A stretch of DNA of 64,000 nucleotides, taken from Camelus dromedarius (Eukaryota). Below, in pieces: positions 25,481 to 37,900 of the stretch. Made by a program: the position numbers and the translations under genes. The stretch lies in contig NC_087438.1 of NCBI RefSeq assembly GCF_036321535.1, forward strand, positions 3,226,001-3,290,000, given 5' to 3'. The stretch's first letter is position 1. Each line of letters opens with the position of its first letter. The notes beneath the pieces are model-generated. The model was not told the DNA's origin, ran no database searches, and saw nothing but the letters and a program-made list of their open reading frames with translations.

Positions 25481-27160
25481 CAGTCTGTCAGTGTGCCTGT
25501 CTGCTTGGACAGTGAGGAACGGTCTCCTCTGTGTAGCCTGGTGCGCCCCCCGTGTGTGCTTGCTTGAAACTCGGGATACACCACAGATTTGGGGGGTGAG
25601 GGTCTCTCCACCAGTGATGCCACAGAGTTCCTCAGAGTTTCTACCAGAATAATTCTCAAGGAAGGAGAGAAAACTTTTAACAAATTACATTGATTCTTTA
25701 TTTTTCCCCCCACTTCTACTCTCTTGTCATATTGAAACAGGAAGATAATTGGCCAAAATCCCAGATCTCACAGCTCCTTCCTCCTCGAGCTCCAGGGAAG
25801 ATGGATGAGCTGGGATGACAGTGCCAAGCCGGGGAGGGACGTTTATGAGCTCCGAGCCCTGGCCCCAGTCCCAGTGCCTGAGCCAGCCACTGACATGCCT
25901 CGTTCTGTCAGAATGGCCTGCTACTGGACTGTCTCCCCGGAGACGGCAGATTCCCTGGTGGCAATGGAACCTGGTGCTTGAATCCGCACCCTCAGCGTGG
26001 AACCCTAGGGCCTGCCAAGTACGACAACAAAGACTTTCCCTGTGAAAGACGTTCCCGCAGTGTGGCAGCGTGGGAGGGGCGCGGGCAGAACTTTGTGTTC
26101 TGTGGGCTTGGGGACCTCGGTTTCAGAAGGGCGGGCACGTCACGCCAGCCTGAGATTCCCTGTGAGCTACGACTGTCGGGTTGCCTGGACGTCTCGCACC
26201 ACCAGCCACCCGTCTCCACCCCACCCTAGTTCTGGGGCTAAGGTGTCCCCTCCTCCTGCTTCCCAGGGTTGTGCAGGGCTGGCCCCGGGGCAGACAGGAA
26301 GGTGTGGAGTCAAGAACCTTCCAGATGCAGCGAGAGCTCAGCTCCTGAAGGTGCCAGGGAGAGGGACACTGAGATGCGAGGGGTTCAGGGAGGAGAAACG
26401 GATTCCTCCAAGTCCATACCCCGGTGGGCAGAGCAAGGCAGTGCGGAGAATTTGCCCACCACCCGCAGTTAACTGGTTCTGCCCAGAAGTGTCTCTGCCG
26501 AAGTACTAACCTCACCTCAGAGGCGGGGGACAGGATGCTAGGGAGGTTACCCAGCCTGTCCAGATAACAGAGGCTCTGTGGTGACAGTCCGAGCAGCTGG
26601 GGTTTGGTGGGAGGGAGCACACGGTGGCCAAGGCCAGGGTGGAAGTAGCCACCAGACCTGACACCAGCCTCTGGGCGATCTGAGGCCTGTCACCGCAGCC
26701 TCTGTGACTCAGCCTGCTCATGGGCAGGACCTCATGGGCCTGTGATGGGGACAATGACAGTCATGAATGCAGCTGGCACGGAGTGCAGATTTACTGAAGT
26801 TAATATAGCTGACATTCCGGGGCTGGACCCAGTCACCCTCCAGCGCCCGCGGCACTCCTGGGGCGGGAAGGAATCATGCCCACGTCTGCTACAGGTCTTC
26901 CCGCGCAGGGACGTGCCCCTCCGGGAGGTCCCGGCGGGGAGGCTAGCGGGAGGGCATGACCCTAAGCGGGCACCAAAACCCACAGAGCTGCCCGCGCCGG
27001 GGGCATCTCCCCAGCCCCACAGCGCAGGACCTGCTGCTGTTCCGTAATCGCAACCCCCAACCTTCAGGCTGGCGTGAGATGTGTCAGGAAGCTGGGGAGG
27101 GGAGGATGTGAAAGGCGCTGTGTGGTCAGGCGGCTAGGATGGCTGTCGTCCTGCTCTCTG

Positions 27161-27174
27161 TCGCCCCCTGCTGG
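27161..27174 (-). promoter_or_regulatory. CTCF core motif
   Basis: Reverse complement (TGG)CCAGCAGGGGGCGA. Motif only. Confidence 0.6.
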
Positions 27175-28134
27175 CCAGTCTCTGCTTCGCCTGCACCTCC
27201 TCCCCTGATCCGACTCCCTGAATCATGGGGCTTAACCAGCACCAGCCTGCGTTGCCTGCCCAGGCCCCAGCCTCTGGTTTCCCTGGTAACTGCTGCGCCA
27301 ACCTCTGACTGGTAGCCTCCTTCTCAGGGCTGCCACCGGTCCTGCCTGCTGTTTCCTGTGCACGGTGGGGCGTCGCCCCAGGATCTTTTGTTCAATAAAC
27401 CATTGATGTCGCCTGCTGTCTCCAGGCTCATCCTTCTGCCGCACGGCTGGACAATTACAAGGCTGAGGTGCGGCCCAACAGGCATTTATAAGTAACAATG
27501 ACAATAATAATAATAATATAAATACTTATTTTTTTATTTTCAAAAGTTACAATTTGATTTTTTCATTGAATCCATTATTTTATTTCTGTATTTATTTTTA
27601 AATTTTTTTTCCTTTTGATTTTTGCTTAAAGTTTTTAAAACTTCACCCACCTAAAACAAAAATAAACCACAGTTACCTGCCCTAGGCCTTTTCAGAGACT
27701 CTCTGGGCCGGCTATCAGGTGACAGGTGTGTTATACACTTAGGGGTGTCTGCTTACGTGTGCAACTACCTACTCATTTGTGCATTGGTGTCAAACTCGTC
27801 ATTTATCACTTTGTTTTGTTTGGTTTGGTTTGGTAATTATTTATCTTGCCATGAAAAGAACCCTTGCTACCTTGTCTGTACTTTGGTCCAGGGCTCGGAC
27901 GGGAAGACGAGGCAGAAATTGCTGTTGCTGGGAGTCAGCGATATTGTAAATAGTGGCCCCTGCCCCCGGCCCTTAATCAGAGTTTGCCGTGTTTGCTGTT
28001 TGCATTAACTGGCTCAGAACTCTGTGCGCTTGCTTGCTTGCTTGCTTTCAGGAATCCTGCGGGGCTGTGGGGTGTGGGGTTGGAGACAGGAGCATCCCGC
28101 TGTTAGGAGCCTGCGAGGCTAACTCTTAAGGCTC

Positions 28135-28148
28135 GTCTCCATGGCAAC
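28135..28148. promoter_or_regulatory. RFX X-box motif
   Basis: GTCTCCATGGCAAC fits the RFX palindromic consensus GTNNCCATGGNAAC. Confidence 0.45.
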
Positions 28149-30335
28149 TGCCCACGGTCTTGGCCTGTTTTCCCAAGGTCAGCAGCTGGCTGGCTGGCAA
28201 GGGCAAATTTTTCTTTTTAATCTTTAACTTCACAATTGTAAATATTTGCTTGCTCTTTTCTCTTTTTTTAACAATAATTTTTTTTTAAGTTTCTTTGGAA
28301 AAGGAGCTTTGAAATGATTGCTTTACTTTGAAAGAAATGACCAGAAAATCCCCTTTCTGCAGCCCTGCAGCAATTACTAATGCTAGTAATCTGCCCAGCA
28401 AACCTTCTCGGGGTTGTTATAGCACCGAGGTGAGAATGCTTGGCTAGAGAGGTTCCTGTCCTCCCTGGGGGGTCAGGGCCAACGACCCACAAAGCCCTTG
28501 GCTGCCTGCTTTTACCTTTCTCTCTGCAGAGAACATCCAGCCAACCCTCCCTCTGCCCACGCTCTCTCCCAGCTCGTCCTCACAAGGGTGCAGGTCCAGG
28601 AAGCCCGGAGGCCTCCATTTCCTCCCTGACTTGAAGACTTTGCACACTTGGCTGGGCCAGTGGATGGAAAGGTGAGCTGTCCCCACTGTAAGTACTGAGG
28701 TCCCCTGGGCCTTCCACAACATCTCACAATTTCCCTCTGTTTCCACCAACTCCTATGTCTCCTGGGGGGTGGGGAGGGTGCCAGCTTCCTCCCTCCTGAA
28801 ACTTGAGCTCCAACAGAGATTCACATTTTAGTCTCGTCCACCAGCCCCTCACTTGATTCCAAATCAAAGGCAACAGGTAGCAAGAGGGATGCAAATCAGG
28901 CGGCGTCCCTGACTGATGGAGAACCTGAACTCCTGTGAATTCCCATCTCGTTGTTAGTATTCTCATTAGTGAACTGTTTCTTTACAAGGACTGCAGGCCA
29001 GGTGACAGACTGGCCCTGTGTCTGTCCCCAGCAGCACGTCTGCTGGTGATCTCAGCGTGACAACTGTGGGTGCAGGCAGCGCCCCAGCCAAACAGCCGGC
29101 AGGTGCAGGGTGGATGCTGCCTCAGTCCCGGGCGGGTGCGGGATCCAGGGCCCTCACCCGAAGGAAGGGGGTCGGTTCAGAACGGGACAGCAGTGGGCAC
29201 TGACTGCCCCGTGGGCGCTGGGCACGTTCCTTAGGCTCCTCGTATGTGTATGTCTCTCTGAGTCATCCGCCCGGTCTTGGCAGGTCAGGCTGAGGGGTGA
29301 TGGCCTCTTTGCAGAGCTTCCTCCAGAATCAGGTGAAGCGCTGGCTCTGGAGTTGAGGGCCTGGAGGTTGGCCCCTGCCATGTCCAGCTGTCCCTCCCCT
29401 CAGATCCAAGAAGGACTGGCTGCGTTCCTATGCCACCAGGGGAGACTCCATGCCCCTGAAGTGGCTGCAAGAGCCCTGCCCTCCCTGGGGGGCGTGACAG
29501 GGCTGGAAAGTGGTCAAGGTTAGGTGACACGGCGCAGTGGCCCTGCTCTCCTGAGAAGCGCAGCCCGGATGGACACGGGTGCATCGGCAGCCCGTCACCC
29601 CTGCCCAACGGTGAGAGGGGACTTGGGCAGAGGAAGTGCGCTGCTGAGGAAGCAAGCCCTCTGGAGGGAGAGACGGCCAGGCTCAGAGGGCGGGCTGGAC
29701 ATTGCCCGCGGAGGAGGCCCAGGGGGCCTTCTGGACGAAGAGCAGACGCACTTCGGCAGGGGCTGCATGCTCCCGGTGGGGCTGGGACGGTGTGGGCAGG
29801 ACCCAGTGATGGCACCGCCTCGGCAGTGCCACTGAATTAACTGAAAAACTCGTAGAAGCTCCAGCCAAGAGCAAGCACACCTTAGACGCTGGCAGACCAC
29901 GGGGAGACCGAGCCCACTGTCCGGTCAGCCCCACGCACAGCGGTGACCCCTCAGCAGACCACTGATGCTCATCCCCAAATGCCTCTCTGTCTTATTAGAC
30001 TCCCGTGTGCTAGTCAGTCACAGTCACCCGTAAGCCAAGCGAGTCACTGAATTGCAGATGGAACCAAACTGGGGCGTGGTCACCACGTGGGGGGAACCCT
30101 GCCCTTTGGCCTCAGTATCAGGCTCCTACTGGTCTGTCTAGGACTTGTGGGATTTTAAAAACTGGAAGCCCCCTGTTCCAGAAAGTCTCCCATCCAAGGC
30201 CCATCAAGCTAGGACACTTGGTCACCCAAACTTGGAAATGTTAAGATCACCCACACAGTTACAGAGGGACAGAGCATCCAAACCAAGCCCACAGAAACCG
30301 TTTGGCAAGTCTCATCCCTGTTGTTCCGGGCTTGG

Positions 30336-30349
30336 CCAGCAGAGGGCAG
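30336..30349 (+). promoter_or_regulatory. CTCF core motif with possible upstream module
   Basis: (TGG)CCAGCAGAGGGCAG, preceded by 'ctgttgttcc' resembling the upstream TGCAGT(A/T)CC module. Confidence 0.6.
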
Positions 30350-30886
30350 CGGAGGATCATCGCTGCAACCTGGACTGGCGAGCCACGGTTGGAACCCCCA
30401 AGGACAGGCCATCCCACGTCTCAGGTCCAGGCCTCTTTCATGGGAGGGATCATGGATTCCTATATACTTTCTTGTAGTGGAACGATTCAATCATAATCCA
30501 TCATCACATATTTTAGCACTGTCTTTAATTTTAGATAGTATGTTTGCAGCATGTAATACTTACATCCTAAGTTCTCAGGCAGAGGTGGTCTATTGCCAGG
30601 ACGTTCTTGGTTGCTGTTATCACAGGCTGTTTTAAGTTAGAAAACGGAATAGCAACAGTGAATATTGTGGACATGCACTTTGCTCCTTAATACTCCGTTG
30701 TTGCAATATTGGACTATCCATTTGGCTGTTACAGAGAAACTCTTAGCTATAATTAGTGATTTTGCCATAATAGTGTTATTAATCTATTGCCTATGTTTCT
30801 ACTCTAGTGATGGGCTCTGTGTGCTACACTTTAATATCTTTAAGCTTGGGCAAGTGACAAGTCTTTTTAAAAGAAATGTGGTTTGC

Positions 30887-33299
30887 AAGGATCATACACC
30901 ATGATCAAGTGGAATTTATCCTGGAAATGCAAGGATTTTTCAGTATCTGCAAGTCCGTCCATGTGACACACTACATGAACAAACTGAAAAATAAAAGCCA
31001 TATGATCATCTTAGTAGATGCAGGAAACGCTTTTGGCAAAATTCAACACCCATTTATGATGAAAACTCTCTAGAAAGATGGTATGGAGGGAGTACACCTC
31101 AACATAATAAAAGCCACACATGACAGACCCACAGCTAACAGCAAACTCACGGATGAAAAGCTGGAAGCATTTCCTCTAAGATCAGGAATAAAATAAGGAT
31201 TCCCACTCTTACCACTTTTATTAAACATAGTATTAGAAGTCCTCACCACAGCGATCAAACAAGAAAAAGAATCTGAACTGGGAAGGAAGACGTCAAACTG
31301 CCACTGTTTGCAGATGACATAACACTATACATAGAAAATTCTAAAGGAGGGACCAGAAAACTGCTAGAACTCATCAAGGAGTTCAGCGAAGTTGCAGGAC
31401 ACAAAATTAATACACAGAAGTTTGTTTCATTTCCATACACTTACAACTACAAAGTATCAGAAAGAGAAATTAAGGAAACAATCCCATTTACCAAACATCA
31501 AAAAATAAACCTACCCAAGGAGGTGAAAAACCTGTACTCAGAAAACTGTAAGACACTGGTGAAAGGAACTGAAGATGACACAAACATTGAAAGATATGCC
31601 ATGTTCTTGGATTAGAAGAATTAATACAGTTAAAATGATCATACTACCCAAGGCAAGCTACAGATTCAATGCAATCCCTATCAAAATATCAATGATGTTT
31701 TTCACTGAACTGGAACAATTTTTTTTTAATTTCTATGAAAACACAAAAGATACCAAATAACCAAAACAATCTTGAGAAGGAAGAATGGAGCTGGAGGCAT
31801 CATGCTCCTTCACTTCAGACTATACTACAAAGCTACAATAATCACAAAACTATGGTGCTGACACAAAAACAGACACACAGATCAATGAAACAGGATAGAA
31901 GGTCCATAAGTAAACCCACGCACTCATGGGTCAATTAGTCTATGACAAAGGAGGCAAGAATATATGGTGGAGAAAAGACAGTCTCTTCAGTAAATAGTGC
32001 TGGGAAACCTGGACAGACACCTGTAAAAGAAGGAAGTTAGAACATTTTCCCACACCATATACAAAAGTAAATTCAAAGTGGATTAAAGACCTAAATGTAA
32101 TAACAGAAACCATAAAATATAGGCAGTATACTCCTTGACATAAATCTGGGCAATATTTTTTGGATCTCTCTAAGGCAAGGGGACAAAAGTGAAAAGCAAA
32201 TAACTAGGTCCTAATTAAACTCAAAAGATTTTACACAGCAAAGGAAACCATCATCAAACAAAAAGGCTAACTGAATGGGAAAAAATATTTGCAAACGAGA
32301 TGACAGGTAAAGGGTCATTATCCAACATACATAAACAGCTCATATAACTGAACATCAAAAAACAAACAACCTCATTTAAAAAATGGGCAGAAGAACTGAA
32401 CAGACATTTTTCCAAAGAAGAAATACAGATGGCCAACAGCTCGGCATCACTCATCATTAGAGAAAGATAAAACCACAGTGAGATATCACCCCACACCTGT
32501 CAGAATAGCCATCATCAAAAAGAACACAAATAACGCATGTTGATGAAAATGTGAAGAAAGGGGGCCCTTGTCCACTGCTGGTGGGAATGTTAATTGGTGC
32601 ATCCACTGTGGAAAACAGTATGGGATTTCTCAAAAAACTAAAAATAGAACTACTGTATGAACCAGCAATTCCACTCCTGGACATATAACAAAAACAAACA
32701 AACAAACAAACAAAAAAACACTAATTCAAAAGATACATCCACGCCATTGTTCACAGAAGCACTGTTTACAAGAGCCAAGATACGGGAACAACCTAAGTGC
32801 CTATCGACAGATGACTGGATAAAGAAGACATGGTGTATCTATGCAATGGAATATTACTCAGGCATAAAAAGAATGAAATGTTGCCATTTGCAGCAACATA
32901 AATGGACTCGGAAGGTATTTTGCTAAGTGAAATAAGTCAGAAAGAAAATTACTGTGTGATCACTTATGTGTGGAATCCAAAAAAACACAGCAATCTAATG
33001 AATATAACACAAAAGCAGCAGACTCACAGACACAAAGAACTAGCAGCTGCCCGGAGGGAGAAGGAAGGAGGGAGGGGCAGCCGAGGGGCAGCCTTGGGGT
33101 GGGGGATTAAAAGGTACAAACTATAAAATAAGCTACGAGGATTTATTGTACAACACGGGAAATGTAGCCAGTATTTTATAATAACTATAAACTTTAAAAA
33201 TTGTGAAAAACTATACTTGAAAACTATAACAATATAATATTGTATATCAATTATAAATCAATAAAAAACTAAAACAAAATAAAATAATTCATCTCTAAA
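30887..33299 (+). mobile_element. 5'-truncated L1 (ORF2 reverse transcriptase to 3' UTR and A tail), non-coding
   Basis: Translations 'IIHHDQVEFILEMQG...KIQHPFMMKTL' and '[29 protein letters not shown]' are L1 ORF2; LFADD RT motif at 31304-31318; stops and frameshifts present. TSD at 30869-30886 and 33300-33317. Confidence 0.97.
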
Positions 33300-34189
33300 A
33301 AAAGAAACATGGTTTGCTTGCACAACATGGGTCAGTTCTGAGAGATCCTTAATATCACTGAAGTGGTTTTTGTGGGTATAAACAGATGGCGACAGTTTTC
33401 ATTGGTCCCTCTCATCCTAGCATTGGAATCAAGTCTGCTTAAGTTATGAAGTCACATTCATGCCCTGATTTTATATACTTGTATCTATCAGTAAACATTG
33501 TGATTCTTGGGAAAAAAATGAAAGATGAGATCACATCTGTGTCTGTGAGAGGGCTACAAAGTCACATCTCCTGGTATGTTTTCAGAGTAAAGTCTTCATC
33601 GAAATTATTTGTTTTATTGTATCTGAAGGGTGAAGATGTCTTGTAGTTCAGCAGAAGTGACACCCTGTGATTTTGGAAAATATTAAAGAACATGACATGC
33701 TTTCATCTGGAATGTGAACAAGACAAGCCCTTAACAGTCTGGGGCTGGTTTGTGGCTGGGAGAGGCCGAGGCTGTTTAACAAAGCCACTCCGCGATCCGG
33801 GTGGAGATGTCTGGTCAAGAGGGAGGTGACCACCAGAGCAGACAGCAGCCTCAGCTGGAGCCACAACGGCCTTGGTGTACCGTCCTGTGCACTTACACAG
33901 ATTCCTCCTCTTGTCCTGAGACCTGCAGGTGCCTACGGCTCACGTGACGGGGGGCAGCTGAGGTCCCATCAGCCCAGGAGTGGGCGTCCGGCCTGGGCTC
34001 CTGCTCCAGCCCCGCTGTGCCCGCGCAGCTCTGTGCACACACCCGCCTCGTGCGGCAGGCACCTGGGACCAGCACCCGTGCCCAGGGGAGCCGGCCGCTC
34101 CAGGTGAGCCTGTGTCCCGCATCAGGGAGCAGAGCAGGCCAGCTGAAACCTGGGGTCCGTCCCACCAGCTCTGGGTGCTGGGTTCCCGC

Positions 34190-34259
34190 CATTTCACTCA
34201 TTTCCATAGTAGTGCCTGGCACGTGGCAGACCCTTAATAAACCTTTGTTGGATGAGTGG
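34190..34259 (+). mobile_element. L2 3' end fragment
   Basis: 'agtgcctggcacgtggcagacccttaataaacctttgttggatgagtg' resembles the L2 terminus. Confidence 0.7.
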
Positions 34260-34344
34260 TTATCCCAGCAGGCTGGTTCTCAAGAACACGGTCCCAGGAG
34301 AGTTTAGTCTGTTTTATCCCCAAGCACCTCACATCGCATCACAT

Positions 34345-34775
34345 TTTATCAGTTTCCTAAGGCTGCCCTAACACGTTACCATAATTGGCACGGCTTAAAC
34401 CAACAGGGACGCATCCCTCACAGTCCTGGACGCCAGAAACCCAAAATCAAGGCATTGGCAGCACCACTGTCTCCCCACAGCTCCAGGGCAGGGGTCCTCC
34501 TTGGCCCTCCGGCTGCTGCTGGTTGCTGGCAGTCCTCTGCATTCCCTGGCTTGTGGCTGCCTCCCTCCGATTTTGTTTCTGCTTTCACATCTCATTCTCT
34601 GCCTCCCTGTGTCTCCCAGTGTCCAAATCTGCCTGTTTCTTGGAAGGACACTGTCACTGGGTTAATCACACTCTCATCCAGGACGATCTCTTCTCATCGC
34701 TCACCTTAGTTTCATCTGCAAAGACCCGATTTCCAGATAAGGTCACGCTCTGAGGTGCCAGGGAGCGTGAATTTT
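34345..34775 (-). mobile_element. MaLR solo LTR (MLT1C/B-like)
   Basis: 'tatcagtttcctaaggctgccctaacacgttaccataattggcacggcttaaaccaacag', 'tctgcattccctggcttgtggctgc', 'catctgcaaagacccgatttccagataaggtcacgctctgaggt'. Confidence 0.85.
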
Positions 34776-34844
34776 CTGCTCGCGTCAGAATGGCAGCCCC
34801 TGCGGACACACTGACTTGGCAGCCCCTGCGTTCAGAGCTTTGCT

Positions 34845-34990
34845 TCTGTTTTCACAGTTTATTCTCAGCACCACCCAGTGAGGCAGGTACTAGTGTCATC
34901 GTGCCCATTCTGCAGGCAGGAAAACTGATGTCACTTGTCTGAGGTCTCAAAGCTGAAAGGCGGCAGACCCAGGACTAGCGTCCAAGTGGA
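34845..34990 (-). mobile_element. MIR SINE fragment
   Basis: 'ctcagcaccacccagtgaggcaggtact...cccattctgcaggcaggaaaactga...tcacttgtctgaggtctca'. Confidence 0.65.
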
Positions 34991-37900
34991 CACGAGATGC
35001 TGACCCTTCTGAGAGCTGGGCAGAGGTGCCCAGAGCACTTCCCATCCAGGACGACTCTCCGGCCCTCAGCTCTGCTGGGAAATGCTCTGACACCTTTAAC
35101 AAATGTTCAGAAGTAACTGAAATTTAATTTTGTGGCTACTTTTAAAATGTTGTCATGTCCAGAAAATGAATATGGGAAAAGAACAAAGCCAGCTGTTGAC
35201 ATCCAGATGTCCATCCCCCCCTGGAAAACCCTTGGCCTGCCACACACCAGAGGGAGTTCTCACTAATCTCAGGTTCCCCGACGTGCCAAATATGAGATCT
35301 TCGCAACCTTCTAGGCTACAATGTGGAGGAGCACAAGGGAGGGCAAAACAAATGATACAAACGTTTAGGTCTTCACAGGTTTCCTAGCCAGATGCTCACA
35401 GTGCATTTAGGCGACAACTGTGGCCTAAGACCTAAAATGTAGGCCCCGTATGGGTTCTGCTGGACATCCGGTGCGACTTGGGGTGACCGGACATCCTCAG
35501 CACACGCCCCTCCTCGCTCTGCTCCCTGGACAGAGTGCCTCGGTCAGCAGCCCCTTCCCGAGGGACCACGCGCGGTGCCTACCTCTCCCCGAGGAGCGGG
35601 CACCAGGTCCTGCCAGCCCGTGAAACTGGAGAAGCCCATCGCATCTTCCCTCGGGAGCCAGAGGCCGCCTCAGCCTCGTGACTGCAGAGCTGGCCCCCAC
35701 TGCTGCAATTACTCCTCTGCTCTGAGCACAACCCCGTGTGGCTCCGGGTGTCCTGTGCCATGCAGTGCCCTCCCCCCCGGGGCTGTGAGTCCACGTGACT
35801 AAAAGTCAACACTGATTCCATCTGCCAGGGGTCGGGTATTTGGCCATTCCCGTAACCCGGGGGCAGGAATCCTCCCTCATCGGCGGGATGAAGAGGGGTG
35901 ATGAGAACCCTTCCTCTCCAGGTCTTGCAAAACCTCACCGTCACGGGGAGACAGCCCCAGGGAGAAACATTACAGCACTGCGTGGAAAGCAAGGGTTAAG
36001 GGACAAGTGTGCGAGGCTGAAGGAGGCCGAGAAACGAGCAGGTTTTCCTGGAGCAGAGCTTAGAGAAGATGCCAACCGAAATGGACACTGAGGCTAAAAA
36101 GAGGTGGGCCCTTGGCAGACACGGAGCGGGAGGGCAGGCTGGAAGGACATGTGGGTCACGTGGACCACGTAGGCAGGGGTGTGACAAGTAGGAGGCAGCT
36201 CGGGGCACCCGCAGCACCCCTCAGATCTTGAATCTCAGCCCTAGCACTGCCGGCCAGTGGACGCGGTGTGGATGCCTTCCGCGCGCACGCTGAGAGGCCA
36301 CGGTCGGGCGGAGGGCCGTGCTTAACGAGGCCCCCAGGGTCTGACGGAGGAGAGCGGTCCACCTGCTGCCAGCCGTAGGGCATCCTGGCCTCATCTGGAT
36401 TCAAGACTTGGCACAGGGTGGGGACTTGCCCCCGAAGTGTTTGCCTCCGGGCACTTTGCCGCGACGCTGTTGTTCAGCGGCTTCTCAATGACATCCCGGG
36501 GCTTCGGCGGCATCCACTCCTTTTTGCCAGAGCTGGAGAGGTGACATTTAAAAACCATATGAACTGTGGGTTTTTTAAAACTTTATTATGAAATGAGAGT
36601 TTGACTCTGAAGGGGGCGAGGCGATCACAATCTGGCGAATTTTTTTTGGAGATAAATGGAAGAGCAAGGCGAAGGAGAACAGGCCACGAGTCACAGAGAG
36701 CAGGGTCGGGACGAGTCTCAGGGCGCAGGCGAAAGCATCCTGTTAATCTCACAAGAGAGCCAGAGTTCAGGGAGATCATATAACCGTCACCTCCAAGAAG
36801 GCAGGACTTGATTCATGAACGAGCCAGGCTAGGAGGCCTTGATTCATACTCGACGCATGACATTTGGCCATGTTTCTGTGCCAATAATTTTAATTTAATC
36901 AGCCCATGTGTCAGGGGCCGCTCAGATGCATTACAGCTGCGGTCTTCCACTCCCTCGTGCCCTGGAAGCTCCAGCTCCCTGGCCTGCTCCTCCCTGCGGC
37001 GTCGACAGGGACGCTCTGCCCTGACGTTCGCCGTGTGCCTGCGCCCTTCTCAGCGGGGCACGTGGGGGCCTCCCTAGGGCACGCCAGCTGCAGTGGCCCA
37101 AGCGTAGCCCTCAAGACTCTATGACTGTAGCTTTGGGTGTCCTTGGGGGCATGTCCATGCAGAGAAGAGAGATGCTGAGCACAGGGAAACAGTGCAGGAA
37201 GCCAGTATACCCGTTCCCTGAATTTCAGGCTAAAAATCAAAATCACTCAAATGCAACATGGAAGCGAGGCGTTACAAGGACAATTTTCTGATTGTTCATC
37301 CTTTTACAAAAGCATACAACAGAAGGGAGACAATAGGTTACTTTTAATCCCAGATAAGGGAAGGCATTGAAGAGGTGTTAATATTAGGTCTACTAATTAA
37401 TTAACATGAATGGATCTTGCACACGACAGAGAGGGTAACTTAAAAAGTAAGTTTTTTTCCTCTCCTAGCCAAACAAGAAAAGAAAGCTGGCTGGGATTAG
37501 GGACAGTATGTTCCAGAAGACCACCCAAGACCTGTACCCTGAAGGAAATGGGTATGAAAAAGTCAGAGGAGAGGAAAGAATTAGGTGCGGAGCCTTCAAA
37601 CGGAAAGACGCTGGTAGAACCAGGCATTTGTCGAAACCAGTGGCAACGTCCTGAAGATAAAACCGTTGGCTTCCTGCAGGACCCAGCCAGTTTGCCTAAA
37701 CAGCAATTTCAGAGCAGCTTTTATTCATTTCTAGCTCAGTTGTCTATGAAAAGGCCAAAGTGCTTGCCGATAACCAAGCCCACGCGGGCAGCGAGGACTG
37801 AGCGCACGTCAGCACGTGCAGCCCCAGCCCGGACGGCCCGCCCTTGTCCTCTGCAACGTGAGCTTGGGCGTTGAGCCCTGACGTGTGCCGCCCCCTAGAC

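Noticed and set aside
30876..33126. Reverse transcriptase-like ORFs as a functional gene or novel retroelement
   Set aside because: Ordinary 5'-truncated L1 ORF2 with multiple stops and frameshifts.
37410..37874. 154-aa ATG-initiated ORF
   Set aside because: No recognisable domain or homologue, and no promoter, polyA or TSD context. Treated as chance, though a tBLASTn would settle it.
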